NCBI GenBank assembly: GCA_964019425.1 | Contig: OZ025796.1 | Coordinates: 1,178,001 to 1,242,000 of the forward strand | Direction: 5' to 3' | Origin: Flectonema sp. DT1601 | Taxonomy: Eukaryota | Length of the DNA: 64,000 nucleotides | Shown here: positions 1 through 13,113 of the stretch, piece by piece | Position numbering within the stretch: the stretch's first letter is position 1 | How the letters are laid out: each line of letters opens with the position of its first letter | Made by a program: the position numbers and the translations under genes | The notes under the pieces: model-generated | Database searches by the model: none | Told to the model about the DNA's origin: nothing | Seen by the model: the letters and a program-made list of their open reading frames with translations, nothing else

Positions 1-3000
1 TCTGAACTTTGATTTTTTTGATCTGAGTGTGAGGGAATGACCTGTTAGTGCATTGGGCATAAGCTGGGCTGCAGTTTAGATGTCTTAGGTGTTAATAAGG
101 GGTTCCTCTTAGCATTTTTCTTTGTTACCACCTTATGATTTTCTTGAAGAAAAAAAATAGAAGTCATAATGGTGCTTCCCTCTGGAAGGGTTGTAAGCCA
201 TGGTGTCCAACTAAATTAAAGGACAAGTCTGGGATAATCCCTGCCAGAGGGGCGAGTATTCTACCATGGTTGAAATACTCTGGCAACTGATCTTCAATTT
301 TATGTTGTTTGTTAGCTGCTGGTGTATCTCGATCATGTGTTGATACTTGCATTTTTTTTTTTATTTGTAATCTTTTACTACAATAACTCTTGCAATTATC
401 TTTTCTTTTTTATTCTCTATCTGTTCTGGTCTGTTTCTTCATTTTTTTACATTAATAATTACATTTTGTTCAAAAAGAAAAAAAAAGAAAAAAGATTTCA
501 TATTAGAAACCAGGAAACTAGGTTAACACTTAGTTAAAATTAAGACCGGTTAGTCAGTTTAAGGTCTTGTCTAGGACCAACATTCTTGTTTAACTTCAGT
601 TATATTCATTTTACTTTTTATTGTTTCCCATCTACTTTTTATTTTCTATTAGTTCTGGTCAGAAACTCCTGGGCAGCAAGAAGGAAAGTAGTTAAGTACT
701 TCTGGGTGTTTGGCATCACCCCCCATAGTGAGCAAGTACAACAGGTAGCATTGGTAGTCTGTTGATCCTGAGTGATCCCAGCTACAGTTTTGTTTTTCTT
801 TCTTTTTTTTAGAAGAAGATCAGGACATTCAAGCACTGCTGGATAGTTGCTGAATGCAGGGCCTGCCTGTGGCATTATAATAACAGGCTAAGTCATTTGT
901 AGTTCATAGTTTACCTTTGATTTTATAACTTCACATAGGGTACTATGAACGATGAGAGATCCAGTGGGATCACTCAGGGTCTAGTAGAGACCACCAATGT
1001 TGTGCGTTGATAGGCAAGGTGACCAACCTTGACATTCTTTCTTTTCTCTCCTGTTGTGACAAACACAAAATACACACACAGCTTACAGTGTGTTCTTTGT
1101 GTATGTTTTCTTCAGGTGTGAGTAGTTTTTTTGTTCTTGCTCTTCAGGGAGGGCCTTAGCCAAAAGCTAACAGTCCAAATCTCACCTGGTAAACTCAACT
1201 CAGTCTTTGTCAGTATTGGCATCAAACCTGTAATGGTTACATTAACTACCATTTCAACAGGTTATTTACTGAAATATTTGTTCTAAAAGTTGCTAAGTAT
1301 CTCTCACTTAGAAATTTTTTTATTTTTTTATTTTCAGCTCAATTAGCTACAAAGTGTTTCTACTAAGTGTTTCTCACTTAGATTTTTTTTTTGCTTTTCA
1401 GCTCCTTAAAAGCTGCTAAGTATTTCTGCTAAGTGTTTCTCACTTAGAATCTTATTGTTATGTTCGTTTTCTATCCCTTCTCCTATCCCTTTTGTTCAAA
1501 AAAAGCGGGAGGAAATTCTCTCATTCATGCTAAGATGCACTCTGAACTTTGATTTTTTTGATCTGAGTGTGAGGGAATGACCTGTTAGTGCATTGGGCAT
1601 AAGCTGGGCTGCAGTTTAGATGTCTTAGGTGTTAATAAGGGGTTCCTCTTAGCATTTTTCTTTGTTACCACCTTATGATTTTCTTGAAGAAAAAAAATAG
1701 AAGTCATAATGGTGCTTCCCTCTGGAAGGGTTGTAAGCCATGGTGTCCAACTAAATTAAAGGACAAGTCTGGGATAATCCCTGCCAGAGGGGCGAGTATT
1801 CTACCATGGTTGAAATACTCTGGCAACTGATCTTCAATTTTATGTTGTTTGTTAGCTGCTGGTGTATCTCGATCATGTGTTGATACTTGCATTTTTTTTT
1901 TTATTTGTAATCTTTTACTACAATAACTCTTGCAATTATCTTTTCTTTTTTATTCTCTATCTGTTCTGGTCTGTTTCTTCATTTTTTTACATTAATAATT
2001 ACATTTTGTTCAAAAAGAAAAAAAAAGAAAAAAGATTTCATATTAGAAACCAGGAAACTAGGTTAACACTTAGTTAAAATTAAGACCGGTTAGTCAGTTT
2101 AAGGTCTTGTCTAGGACCAACATTCTTGTTTAACTTCAGTTATATTCATTTTACTTTTTATTGTTTCCCATCTACTTTTTATTTTCTATTAGTTCTGGTC
2201 AGAAACTCCTGGGCAGCAAGAAGGAAAGTAGTTAAGTACTTCTGGGTGTTTGGCATCACCCCCCATAGTGAGCAAGTACAACAGGTAGCATTGGTAGTCT
2301 GTTGATCCTGAGTGATCCCAGCTACAGTTTTGTTTTTCTTTCTTTTTTTTAGAAGAAGATCAGGACATTCAAGCACTGCTGGATAGTTGCTGAATGCAGG
2401 GCCTGCCTGTGGCATTATAATAACAGGCTAAGTCATTTGTAGTTCATAGTTTACCTTTGATTTTATAACTTCACATAGGGTACTATGAACGATGAGAGAT
2501 CCAGTGGGATCACTCAGGGTCTAGTAGAGACCACCAATGTTGTGCGTTGATAGGCAAGGTGACCAACCTTGACATTCTTTCTTTTCTCTCCTGTTGTGAC
2601 AAACACAAAATACACACACAGCTTACAGTGTGTTCTTTGTGTATGTTTTCTTCAGGTGTGAGTAGTTTTTTTGTTCTTGCTCTTCAGGGAGGGCCTTAGC
2701 CAAAAGCTAACAGTCCAAATCTCACCTGGTAAACTCAACTCAGTCTTTGTCAGTATTGGCATCAAACCTGTAATGGTTACATTAACTACCATTTCAACAG
2801 GTTATTTACTGAAATATTTGTTCTAAAAGTTGCTAAGTATCTCTCACTTAGAAATTTTTTTATTTTTTTATTTTCAGCTCAATTAGCTACAAAGTGTTTC
2901 TACTAAGTGTTTCTCACTTAGATTTTTTTTTTGCTTTTCAGCTCCTTAAAAGCTGCTAAGTATTTCTGCTAAGTGTTTCTCACTTAGAATCTTATTGTTA

Positions 3001-5819
3001 TGTTCGTTTTCTATCCCTTCTCCTATCCCTTTTGTTCAAAAAAAGCGGGAGGAAATTCTCTCATTCATGCTAAGATGCACTCTGAACTTTGATTTTTTTG
3101 ATCTGAGTGTGAGGGAATGACCTGTTAGTGCATTGGGCATAAGCTGGGCTGCAGTTTAGATGTCTTAGGTGTTAATAAGGGGTTCCTCTTAGCATTTTTC
3201 TTTGTTACCACCTTATGATTTTCTTGAAGAAAAAAAATAGAAGTCATAATGGTGCTTCCCTCTGGAAGGGTTGTAAGCCATGGTGTCCAACTAAATTAAA
3301 GGACAAGTCTGGGATAATCCCTGCCAGAGGGGCGAGTATTCTACCATGGTTGAAATACTCTGGCAACTGATCTTCAATTTTATGTTGTTTGTTAGCTGCT
3401 GGTGTATCTCGATCATGTGTTGATACTTGCATTTTTTTTTTTATTTGTAATCTTTTACTACAATAACTCTTGCAATTATCTTTTCTTTTTTATTCTCTAT
3501 CTGTTCTGGTCTGTTTCTTCATTTTTTTACATTAATAATTACATTTTGTTCAAAAAGAAAAAAAAAGAAAAAAGATTTCATATTAGAAACCAGGAAACTA
3601 GGTTAACACTTAGTTAAAATTAAGACCGGTTAGTCAGTTTAAGGTCTTGTCTAGGACCAACATTCTTGTTTAACTTCAGTTATATTCATTTTACTTTTTA
3701 TTGTTTCCCATCTACTTTTTATTTTCTATTAGTTCTGGTCAGAAACTCCTGGGCAGCAAGAAGGAAAGTAGTTAAGTACTTCTGGGTGTTTGGCATCACC
3801 CCCCATAGTGAGCAAGTACAACAGGTAGCATTGGTAGTCTGTTGATCCTGAGTGATCCCAGCTACAGTTTTGTTTTTCTTTCTTTTTTTTAGAAGAAGAT
3901 CAGGACATTCAAGCACTGCTGGATAGTTGCTGAATGCAGGGCCTGCCTGTGGCATTATAATAACAGGCTAAGTCATTTGTAGTTCATAGTTTACCTTTGA
4001 TTTTATAACTTCACATAGGGTACTATGAACGATGAGAGATCCAGTGGGATCACTCAGGGTCTAGTAGAGACCACCAATGTTGTGCGTTGATAGGCAAGGT
4101 GACCAACCTTGACATTCTTTCTTTTCTCTCCTGTTGTGACAAACACAAAATACACACACAGCTTACAGTGTGTTCTTTGTGTATGTTTTCTTCAGGTGTG
4201 AGTAGTTTTTTTGTTCTTGCTCTTCAGGGAGGGCCTTAGCCAAAAGCTAACAGTCCAAATCTCACCTGGTAAACTCAACTCAGTCTTTGTCAGTATTGGC
4301 ATCAAACCTGTAATGGTTACATTAACTACCATTTCAACAGGTTATTTACTGAAATATTTGTTCTAAAAGTTGCTAAGTATCTCTCACTTAGAAATTTTTT
4401 TATTTTTTTATTTTCAGCTCAATTAGCTACAAAGTGTTTCTACTAAGTGTTTCTCACTTAGATTTTTTTTTTGCTTTTCAGCTCCTTAAAAGCTGCTAAG
4501 TATTTCTGCTAAGTGTTTCTCACTTAGAATCTTATTGTTATGTTCGTTTTCTATCCCTTCTCCTATCCCTTTTGTTCAAAAAAAGCGGGAGGAAATTCTC
4601 TCATTCATGCTAAGATGCACTCTGAACTTTGATTTTTTTGATCTGAGTGTGAGGGAATGACCTGTTAGTGCATTGGGCATAAGCTGGGCTGCAGTTTAGA
4701 TGTCTTAGGTGTTAATAAGGGGTTCCTCTTAGCATTTTTCTTTGTTACCACCTTATGATTTTCTTGAAGAAAAAAAATAGAAGTCATAATGGTGCTTCCC
4801 TCTGGAAGGGTTGTAAGCCATGGTGTCCAACTAAATTAAAGGACAAGTCTGGGATAATCCCTGCCAGAGGGGCGAGTATTCTACCATGGTTGAAATACTC
4901 TGGCAACTGATCTTCAATTTTATGTTGTTTGTTAGCTGCTGGTGTATCTCGATCATGTGTTGATACTTGCATTTTTTTTTTTATTTGTAATCTTTTACTA
5001 CAATAACTCTTGCAATTATCTTTTCTTTTTTATTCTCTATCTGTTCTGGTCTGTTTCTTCATTTTTTTACATTAATAATTACATTTTGTTCAAAAAGAAA
5101 AAAAAAGAAAAAAGATTTCATATTAGAAACCAGGAAACTAGGTTAACACTTAGTTAAAATTAAGACCGGTTAGTCAGTTTAAGGTCTTGTCTAGGACCAA
5201 CATTCTTGTTTAACTTCAGTTATATTCATTTTACTTTTTATTGTTTCCCATCTACTTTTTATTTTCTATTAGTTCTGGTCAGAAACTCCTGGGCAGCAAG
5301 AAGGAAAGTAGTTAAGTACTTCTGGGTGTTTGGCATCACCCCCCATAGTGAGCAAGTACAACAGGTAGCATTGGTAGTCTGTTGATCCTGAGTGATCCCA
5401 GCTACAGTTTTGTTTTTCTTTCTTTTTTTTAGAAGAAGATCAGGACATTCAAGCACTGCTGGATAGTTGCTGAATGCAGGGCCTGCCTGTGGCATTATAA
5501 TAACAGGCTAAGTCATTTGTAGTTCATAGTTTACCTTTGATTTTATAACTTCACATAGGGTACTATGAACGATGAGAGATCCAGTGGGATCACTCAGGGT
5601 CTAGTAGAGACCACCAATGTTGTGCGTTGATAGGCAAGGTGACCAACCTTGACATTCTTTCTTTTCTCTCCTGTTGTGACAAACACAAAATACACACACA
5701 GCTTACAGTGTGTTCTTTGTGTATGTTTTCTTCAGGTGTGAGTAGTTTTTTTGTTCTTGCTCTTCAGGGAGGGCCTTAGCCAAAAGCTAACAGTCCAAAT
5801 CTCACCTGGTAAACTCAAC
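1..5819. repeat. 1,540-bp tandem repeat array (about 3.8 copies, apparently identical, runs off the left edge)
   Basis: Sequence and ORF track recur at exact 1,540 offsets (1, 1541, 3081, 4621). Identity stops after 5819, where the satellite begins. No credible protein ORF. Confidence 0.97.
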
Positions 5820-6374
5820 AAAAAGAATTTAAAAAAAAAAAAAAAAAAAAAGAATAAACAATGTTATCATTGTTTTTTTATCGATCGACTATGTCGATCA
5901 CTTTCTATTTTCCGTCCTGGTCAAGACGCTAAACTGATTGTTTTTTCTTTAGAATAATAAAAAGGATTAAAAAAAAAAAAAAAAAAAAAAAGAATAAACA
6001 ATGTTATCATTGTTTTTTTTATCGATCGACTATGTCGATCACTTTCTATTTTCCGTCCTGGTCAAGACGCTAAACTGATTGTTTTTTCTTTAAAATAATA
6101 AAAAGGATTAAAAAAAAAAAAAAAAAAAAAAAAGAATAAACAATGTTATCATTGTTTTTTTATCGATCGACTATGTCGATCACTTTCTATTTTCCGTCCT
6201 GGTCAAGACGCTAAACTGATTGTTTTTTCTTTAAAATAATAAAAAGGATTAAAAAAAAAAAAAAAAAAAAAAAAGAATAAACAATGTTATCATTGTTTTT
6301 TATCGATCGACTATGTCGATCACTTTCTATTTTCCGTCCTGGTCAAGACGCTAAACTGATTGTTTTTTCTTTAA

Positions 6375-8113
6375 CCCATTAAGGACGGGGGGTCCACTAC
6401 AGTGGTTATTTTGAAATTTTATTTTCGCTAAGGGGAAAACCCGGCTAACGCTACCCAGGGGGGGTGTAATCGAGGCCGTTTCGCGACGAATCTTGGGTGG
6501 GATGGCGTGGTTCGCTGTGTTTTCATTCATGAAATTCAAAACTAATAATCGAAATTTTACCACCTAACAAGAAGTTTCGTGTGCCTGTTGAAATTGATAC
6601 AAGTTCGGCGTCCTATGAAAGTCTGATGATGATGGATTCTGTATCGGAGTCGTCATCTGACAGCAACACAGCAAAGGTATCAAAGTGGGGGGGGCAAAAC
6701 CAAGAGAATCTCCAGGGAAAAACGGAAAGGACCTACCCAGAGTGTGAGCGACTTTAATGAAATGAGCGAATTGAAGGCATCCAACTCATTTTCACTGATC
6801 ATGTGCTTAAAATGATATTTCGACACACTCTTGCCTACCCGATTGACAAAGAGACGTCCATGAAGTCACTAGAAGTTGGTGAACTGAAATGCTTTCTCCG
6901 TAATTTCCACACTGCTAACAAACACATTCCTGCTTCTTATGTTCATAGTCTTGTTAAACCCCATAATAATAAAGGGCATTGGGTGACGTTTGACAATTTC
7001 AATTCGTCATACGCATTTCTTGTTTTGATGTTGGCGAAAGGGTTCCACTGTGTTGGAACAGCCTGATGGAACGGAAAGGGAGTTCTGTTGATGTTACAAA
7101 ACCGAAGGCTACCCCTGGACCGGGACGACTAAGCAAATCGGAAGTGAAAGAAAGACCGAAGAATCTTTCTGCTTCTTACCTTCAGTCAAGCACGGCATCC
7201 ACCATATAAAGTGGAGAGACTCAAAGGATGTGCATCTTTTCAGTACTCTTCCCTTACGTGAGCACTGTGTCGATGTATATCGCTGGATTAGGAAGAGAAA
7301 TAAAAAAGAAAAAGTGCCGATCAAACTACCGTGCAAGTAGACAGGTACACCAAAACGATGGGAGGTGTTAACCTGATGGATAGCGTGAAGGGAAGGGCGA
7401 ACAGAAACCTTCAAACTAAACGATGGCATCTAAAAGTTTTCGACTACTTGCTGAAAGTTTCAATGTTCAACACGTTTACCCTTCAAAAGAAATGCGGTAA
7501 GGATACTGGTACCTACATACGGTATGTAGAGGAGCTCGCTATGCAACTCGTCAGTGACGGGACGTCGAGAGACAAGACAACCAATACTACATCTACTATT
7601 GACTCGGGTTCGCACTTTTCACACATGTTCAGCACCACTGAGCACTATCCATCAATATTTGGCGCTGCTAAACAATGTAAGTATCACAATACTCGAGTGA
7701 GGACTACTTATGGATGCCAGGGGTGTAAGGTTTTTATGTGTCCTGCACCCTGTTTTGGCAAATACCACTTAAATCTTACAAAGGGGTGAACATTTGCGTC
7801 CCATACCACCACCTCTGTGTCGGGAGGTGCTATCCGGGAAGAATGTACGAAGGGGAAGACCCCTGCACTCACAACAACATCAAAATTGAAGAGGCGCAGG
7901 GAGTCATAAGAACTGAGCTTATTTTTGTCTTTGGTGGTGTTTTCATTTGTTCTGTTCACCCTTTAGGTGGTGAATGTGTGTGTATTTTTAACGGGCAGGC
8001 AATGGCGGTTCACTTTGTCACATCACCTTTCCGAGCCCCCCTACCCCTTTTCCCCGTTAGCTCTTTTTTCAAAAAAAGTCAAAAAACCGGGTTTTACCCC
8101 CGTCCGTAATGGG
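6375..8113 (+). mobile_element. piggyBac DNA transposon, copy 1 (non-autonomous, decayed transposase)
   Basis: TTAA TSD at 6371-6374 and 8114-8117 restores the satellite monomer. TIRs CCCATTAAGGACGGGGG / CCCCCGTCCGTAATGGG. Transposase motifs VTFDNF, CVGT, WRDSKDV, YTKTMGGVNLMD, KRWHLKVF and a C-terminal Cys-rich domain. Confidence 0.96.
6803..7789 (+). pseudogene. piggyBac transposase remnant
   Basis: Motifs are split over several frames with an in-frame TGA at 7064-7066. The GGVD catalytic Asp is replaced by Asn (GGVN). Confidence 0.88.
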
Positions 8114-8270
8114 TTAAAATAATAAAAAGGATTAAAAAAAAAAAAAAAAAAAAAAAGAATAAACAATGTTATCATTGTTTTTTATCGATCGACTATGTCG
8201 ATCACTTTCTATTTTCCGTCCTGGTCAAGACGCTAAACTGATTGTTTTTTCTTTAAAAAATAATTAAAAG

Positions 8271-8306
<36 letters not shown>

Positions 8307-8559
8307 ATAAACAATGTTATCATTGTTTTTTTATCGATCGACTATGTCGATCACTTTCAATTTTCCGTCCTGGTCAGGACGCTAAACTGATTGTTTTTTC
8401 TTTAAAAATAAATAAAAAGAATAAAAAAAAAAAAAAAAAAAAAAGGAATAAACAATGTTATCATTGTTTTTTATCGATCGACTATGTCGATCACTTTCTA
8501 TTTTCCGTCCTGGTCAAGACGCTAAACTGATTGTTTTTTCTTTAAAAAATAATTAAAAG

Positions 8560-8595
<36 letters not shown>

Positions 8596-9133
8596 ATAAA
8601 CAATGTTATCATTGTTTTTTTTTTATCGATCGACTATGTTGATTACTTTCTATTTTCCGTCCTGGTCAAGACGCTAAACTGATTGTTTTTTCTTTAAAAT
8701 AATTAAAAGGATTTAAAAAAAAAAAAAAAAAAAAAAAAGAATAAACAATGTTATCATTGTTTTTTTATCGATCGACTATGTCGATCACTTTCAATTTTCC
8801 GTCCTGGTCAGGACGCTAAACTGATTGTTTTTTCTTTAAAAATAAATAAAAAGAATAAAAAAAAAAAAAAAAAAAAAAGGAATAAACAATGTTATCATTG
8901 TTTTTTTTTTATCGATCGACTATGTTGATTACTTTCTATTTTCCGTCCTGGTCAAGACGCTAAACTGATTGTTTTTTCTTTAAAATAATTAAAAGGATTT
9001 AAAAAAAAAAAAAAAAAAAAAAAAGAATAAACAATGTTATCATTGATTTTTTTCTATCGATCGACTATGTCGATTAATTTCTATTTTCCGTCCTGATCGA
9101 GACGCTAAACTGATTGTTTCCTTTTTTTAAATA

Positions 9134-9169
<36 letters not shown>

Positions 9170-9172
<3 letters not shown>

Positions 9173-9563
9173 TATCTCCCTGCTATCCTCATATCCCCAC
9201 AATAATATTATACCTTTTCATTTTCTCTTTCCTTTTCTGGTCTTTTTTTTTCTTTTTTTTCCTTTTTCATACAACGTTTTTATTTATATTTTATTTTATT
9301 TTTTTTTTTTTTTCATGTTTGATTATTTCCTCTTCATATTTTTTTCTATTCTTTCTTTTTTTTTTTTTTTTACTTTACCTCTCTCTTAATTCTGTTCGTT
9401 TCTTTGAAACGAAAATTCATTTGAATATTATTCCTTGGTCAGCAACCATCATTGTCGCCCTTTGGGCCTGTTAAAAAAAATAAAAATAAAAAGAAAGTTT
9501 ACATCGGGAATAGGGCAGGAGCCAAAAGCTCCCAGTCCGTTACTTCCCACCTTATCGAAATTC
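9170..9563 (+). repeat. ~400-bp higher-order module, copy 1 (ends in CAAAA-loop hairpin + 25 nt)
   Basis: Near-identical to 11176-13373 (split by the Sola-like insert) and 15876-16278. Each copy is preceded by the same variant satellite monomer (CCTGATCGAGACGC). Confidence 0.9.
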
Positions 9564-10088
9564 CGTGAGCCTCGTGGCCTCAAGCATGGCCGAGCGAGAG
9601 CGCTGTTCTTTTTCGTGGCGTGTTCTTGAGGCGGAAACTGATACGGAAACGGTATATTAGCAAACTGCGCATACAGGGGCACACCAAGACTCACCTCTTC
9701 TCATTGTAAAAAAAATTTATTTGAAGGTGCATTTCACAGTCCTCAAAATTGGACCCCCAGGTACCACACGGTCCACACTTTTTGAGATTTTTCATTCCTT
9801 TGCCGAAATCAGCCAAATCGAGGTTTTTTCGGCCCCGAAATCACATTTTTGGGGGTTCTGATGGGGTCCTGGGTATTTTTTGCCCCCGGGAAGGTTATAT
9901 TTACCAAAATTCGGAAAAAGTACTTTATCGACAGCTTGTACCCAGCTCTTCCCAGCTTGGTAGGCTAAAAAACAAAAAACCCGCCGCAAGCCAAATTTTT
10001 GGGTCAAGTTCGAGTCCTGGTGGACAACTTTTTTTTGTAGGGAGTTGGCGATTTCGCAAACTATTTTTGTTGAATTAGAGGTTTTCCC
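9564..10088. other. Unique CpG-rich 525-bp segment inside the satellite; possible transposon terminal fragment
   Basis: Sharp boundaries against the module end and a satellite A-tract. No homology elsewhere in the window and no convincing ORF. Confidence 0.35.
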
Positions 10089-11175
10089 AAAAAAGAATAA
10101 ACAATGTTATCATTGTTTTTTTTTATCGTTCGACTTTGTTGACTAATTTCTATTTTCCGTTTTTTTTTCTTTAAAAAATAAATAAAAAGAATTTAAAAAA
10201 AAAAAAAAAAAAAGAATAAACAATGTTATCATTGTTTTTTTTATCGATCGACTATGTCGATTACTTCCTATTTTCCGTCCTGGTCAAGACGCTAAACTGA
10301 TTGGTTTTTTTTTTCAAAATTAATAAAAAAGAATATAAAAAAATACAAAAAAAAGAATAAACAATGTTATCATTGTTTTTTTTATCGATCGACTATGTCG
10401 ATTACTTTCTATTTTCCGTCCTGGTCAAGACGCTAAACTGATTGTTTTTTTTTCAAAATTAATAAAAAAGAATATAAAAAAAATAAAAAAAAAAAAGAAT
10501 AAACAATGTTATCATTGTTTTTTTTTATCGTTCGACTTTGTTGACTAATTTCTATTTTCCATTTTTTTTCTTTTTAAAAATAAATAAAAAGAATTAAAAA
10601 AAAAAAAAAAAAAAGAATAAACAATGTTATCATTGTTTTTTTTATCGATCGACTATGTCGATTACTTTCTATTTTCCGTCCTGGTCAGGACGCTAAACTG
10701 ATTGTTTTTTCTTTAAAAATAAATAAAAAGAATTAAAAAAAAAAAAAAAAAAAGAATAAACAATGTTATCATTGTTTTTTTTATCGATCGACTATGTCGA
10801 TTACTTTCTATTTTCCGTCCTGGTCAGGACGCTAAACTGATTGTTTTTTCTTTAAAAATAAATAAAAAGAATAAAAAAAAAAAAAAAAGGAATAAACAAT
10901 GTTATCATTGTTTTTTTTTTATCGATCGACTATGTCGATTACTTACTATTTTCCGTCCTGGTCAAGACGCTAAACTGATTGTTTTTTCTTTAAAACAATT
11001 AAAAAGGTTTAAAAAAAAAAAAAAAAAAAAAAAATGAATAAACAATGTTATCATTGTTTTTTTTTCTATCGATCAACTATGTCGATTAATTTCTATTTTC
11101 CGTCCTGATCGAGACGCTAAACTGATTGTTTCCTTTTTTTAAATAATAAATAAGAAAAAAAAAAAAAAAAAAAAA

Positions 11176-13082
11176 GAGCATCTCCCTGCTATCCCTCATA
11201 TCCCCACAATAATATTATACCTTTTCATTTTCTCTTTCCTTTTCTGGTCTTTTTTTTTTCTTTTTTTTTCCTTTTTCATACAACGTTTTTTATTTATATA
11301 TGAGGACATGTCAAAAGTCTGGTACCGTTTTGGTCAACGGTAAACTGTGGGCATGTACAACTCAATCGAGACCCAACCCGGTCTGAAACATGCCCCAAAA
11401 AATTCAATTCCGGGTGTGGGATCTCACTTTACTCGTAATACTTGTAAAAAAAAAAAAAAATCCTGCATTTTTTGCTTGTGGCTTACAGAGAACTGGCTTG
11501 TGGCTACAGAGAAACCCAAATATTACATATGCAGCCTTGCCAAAAGTATCATCCCCCAAATCTATATTCTAATATTTCATTATAAAAATAAATGGGATTA
11601 TCAGTAAAAATAATACTTTTACTGTGATAATTATTATTAGTTTTTAGCACCACGTTCTACACTTTTTGCACTTCCTTTGGACGTAGTCACATTCTAATCG
11701 AAAGCACTGAGTAGAACCCTCGAAAGAGTTACCATCAGTTTTGAGTTGATTTGTATGCGTCAAAAAAAAGTCAATTTGTCGAGTCTCATTGTGCAACTTG
11801 AAATGCATAGTTATACCCAAACTGTACTTCTCCTGCTGCTAATAATGTGATGATGACTCTTGTGGTAAGGAGTCTTCTCCTTAGGTACCTGTGGCAAGGT
11901 ACTGAAGGAGAAGACTCCTTATAATCAAGTTTTATAATTAAATCATCTCCGTATCAGAAGTGTTTTCTGAATAGACTGCATTCTGTCTCATAAACTCTTC
12001 TACATGATAATGAACCTCAACAAGTCTGTTGTATCATTATAATGAGATAGCAACTGGTCGTACACCAGCTGCTATGACTGGTAAGCCACCCTTACTGGAC
12101 ACTATTGTCAGCTCACTGGCATGTGCAGCATTCCAAACGGTTAATGAACAGTTAATGAGTAACCATTCTGTCATTCAACACTTGCTAAGTAGTTTTGACA
12201 GTTTCTTTCTAATTGTCTGTCCACACGGCAGTAGGAGCAGACATCAGTTCACAGCGCAAGGTGATGATATTCATTCCCACGCATACGATGGTATGTAGAT
12301 TCTGATATCAGATTTCGAATACTGCTGACTTTATAGATAGATTTAAATGTCCCCCAAGGACACCCTGCAACGTAACAGTCTCACCTCGTTGACTTTTTGA
12401 TACCATTGAAGTCGGACGAGGCTGCCTTGAGCTCGTTCTCACTTGACTGCACAACTTCAGGAAGATCTTCATTGGTTCTTATACTTATGGGCACGTGGAT
12501 TCTAGCATCCCAGGCCTTTCTGCCTATTTTTAGCCCAGCTTCTTCTAGAAAGCTTAACTTCCATCCTATTCTTCTAGACACTTCTCGCCTGTCACCCGTT
12601 TCCATGCTCACAATTGTTTCATTTACTACTGAAAGGACAATTGACACCATTCCACAGCACTGCTATTCCCACAACCCTCACGGGGCATAGCAGTAACATC
12701 ACCACCCCCAGAAAGGCATTGTAGCAGTTTTGCACGTTTACCTTTCAAGGTTTTTGAACTCCCATTGAACTTTTTCCTGTCACTCCACTTCGGAGGGTCT
12801 CCCATCTTGTCAATCAGTAATTGCAGTTGCTCAATTATCGCTTTTGTGGTCATATTTTGCTTTTGTTATGCTTGGGGCTCTCTGTAACAGCTTTGTTACC
12901 GGCTACAAGCAAAAAATGCGGGAATTTTTTTTTTTTTTACAAGTATTACGAGTAAAGTGAGATCCCACACCCGGAATTGAATTTTTTGGGGCATGTTTCA
13001 GACGGGGTTGGGTCTCGATTGAGTTGTACATGCCCGCAGTTTACCGTTGACCAAAACGGTACCAGACTTTTGACATCCACTC

Positions 13083-13113
<31 letters not shown>

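Noticed and set aside
780..800. AGCTACAGTTTTGT resembles part of the diplonemid spliced-leader exon, suggesting the 1,540-bp array is an SL RNA gene array
   Set aside because: Only about 11 nt match; no AAC(C/T)AAC start, no TACTTTATTG|GT donor, and no 5S gene seen.
820..1000. Group I/II intron, hammerhead or canonical HDV ribozyme reading of the conserved core
   Set aside because: CAGGCTAAG, GTGCG and CTGAAGA-like words exist, but P7/P3, domain V, GAAA core or P1/P1.1/P3 pairings could not be built in both homologs.
164..5957. Short ORFs repeated in the 1,540-bp unit
   Set aside because: Low-complexity, homopolymer-derived, no recognisable motifs.
7064..7066. In-frame TGA shared by all piggyBac copies as evidence of stop-codon reassignment
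   Set aside because: Host genes terminate at TGA, TAA and TAG normally; CGA-to-TGA mutation explains it.
9586..10020. Pol III A box (TGGCCGAGCG) and B box (GTTCGAGTCC) suggesting a tRNA or SINE
   Set aside because: Boxes are about 400 bp apart and no cloverleaf forms.
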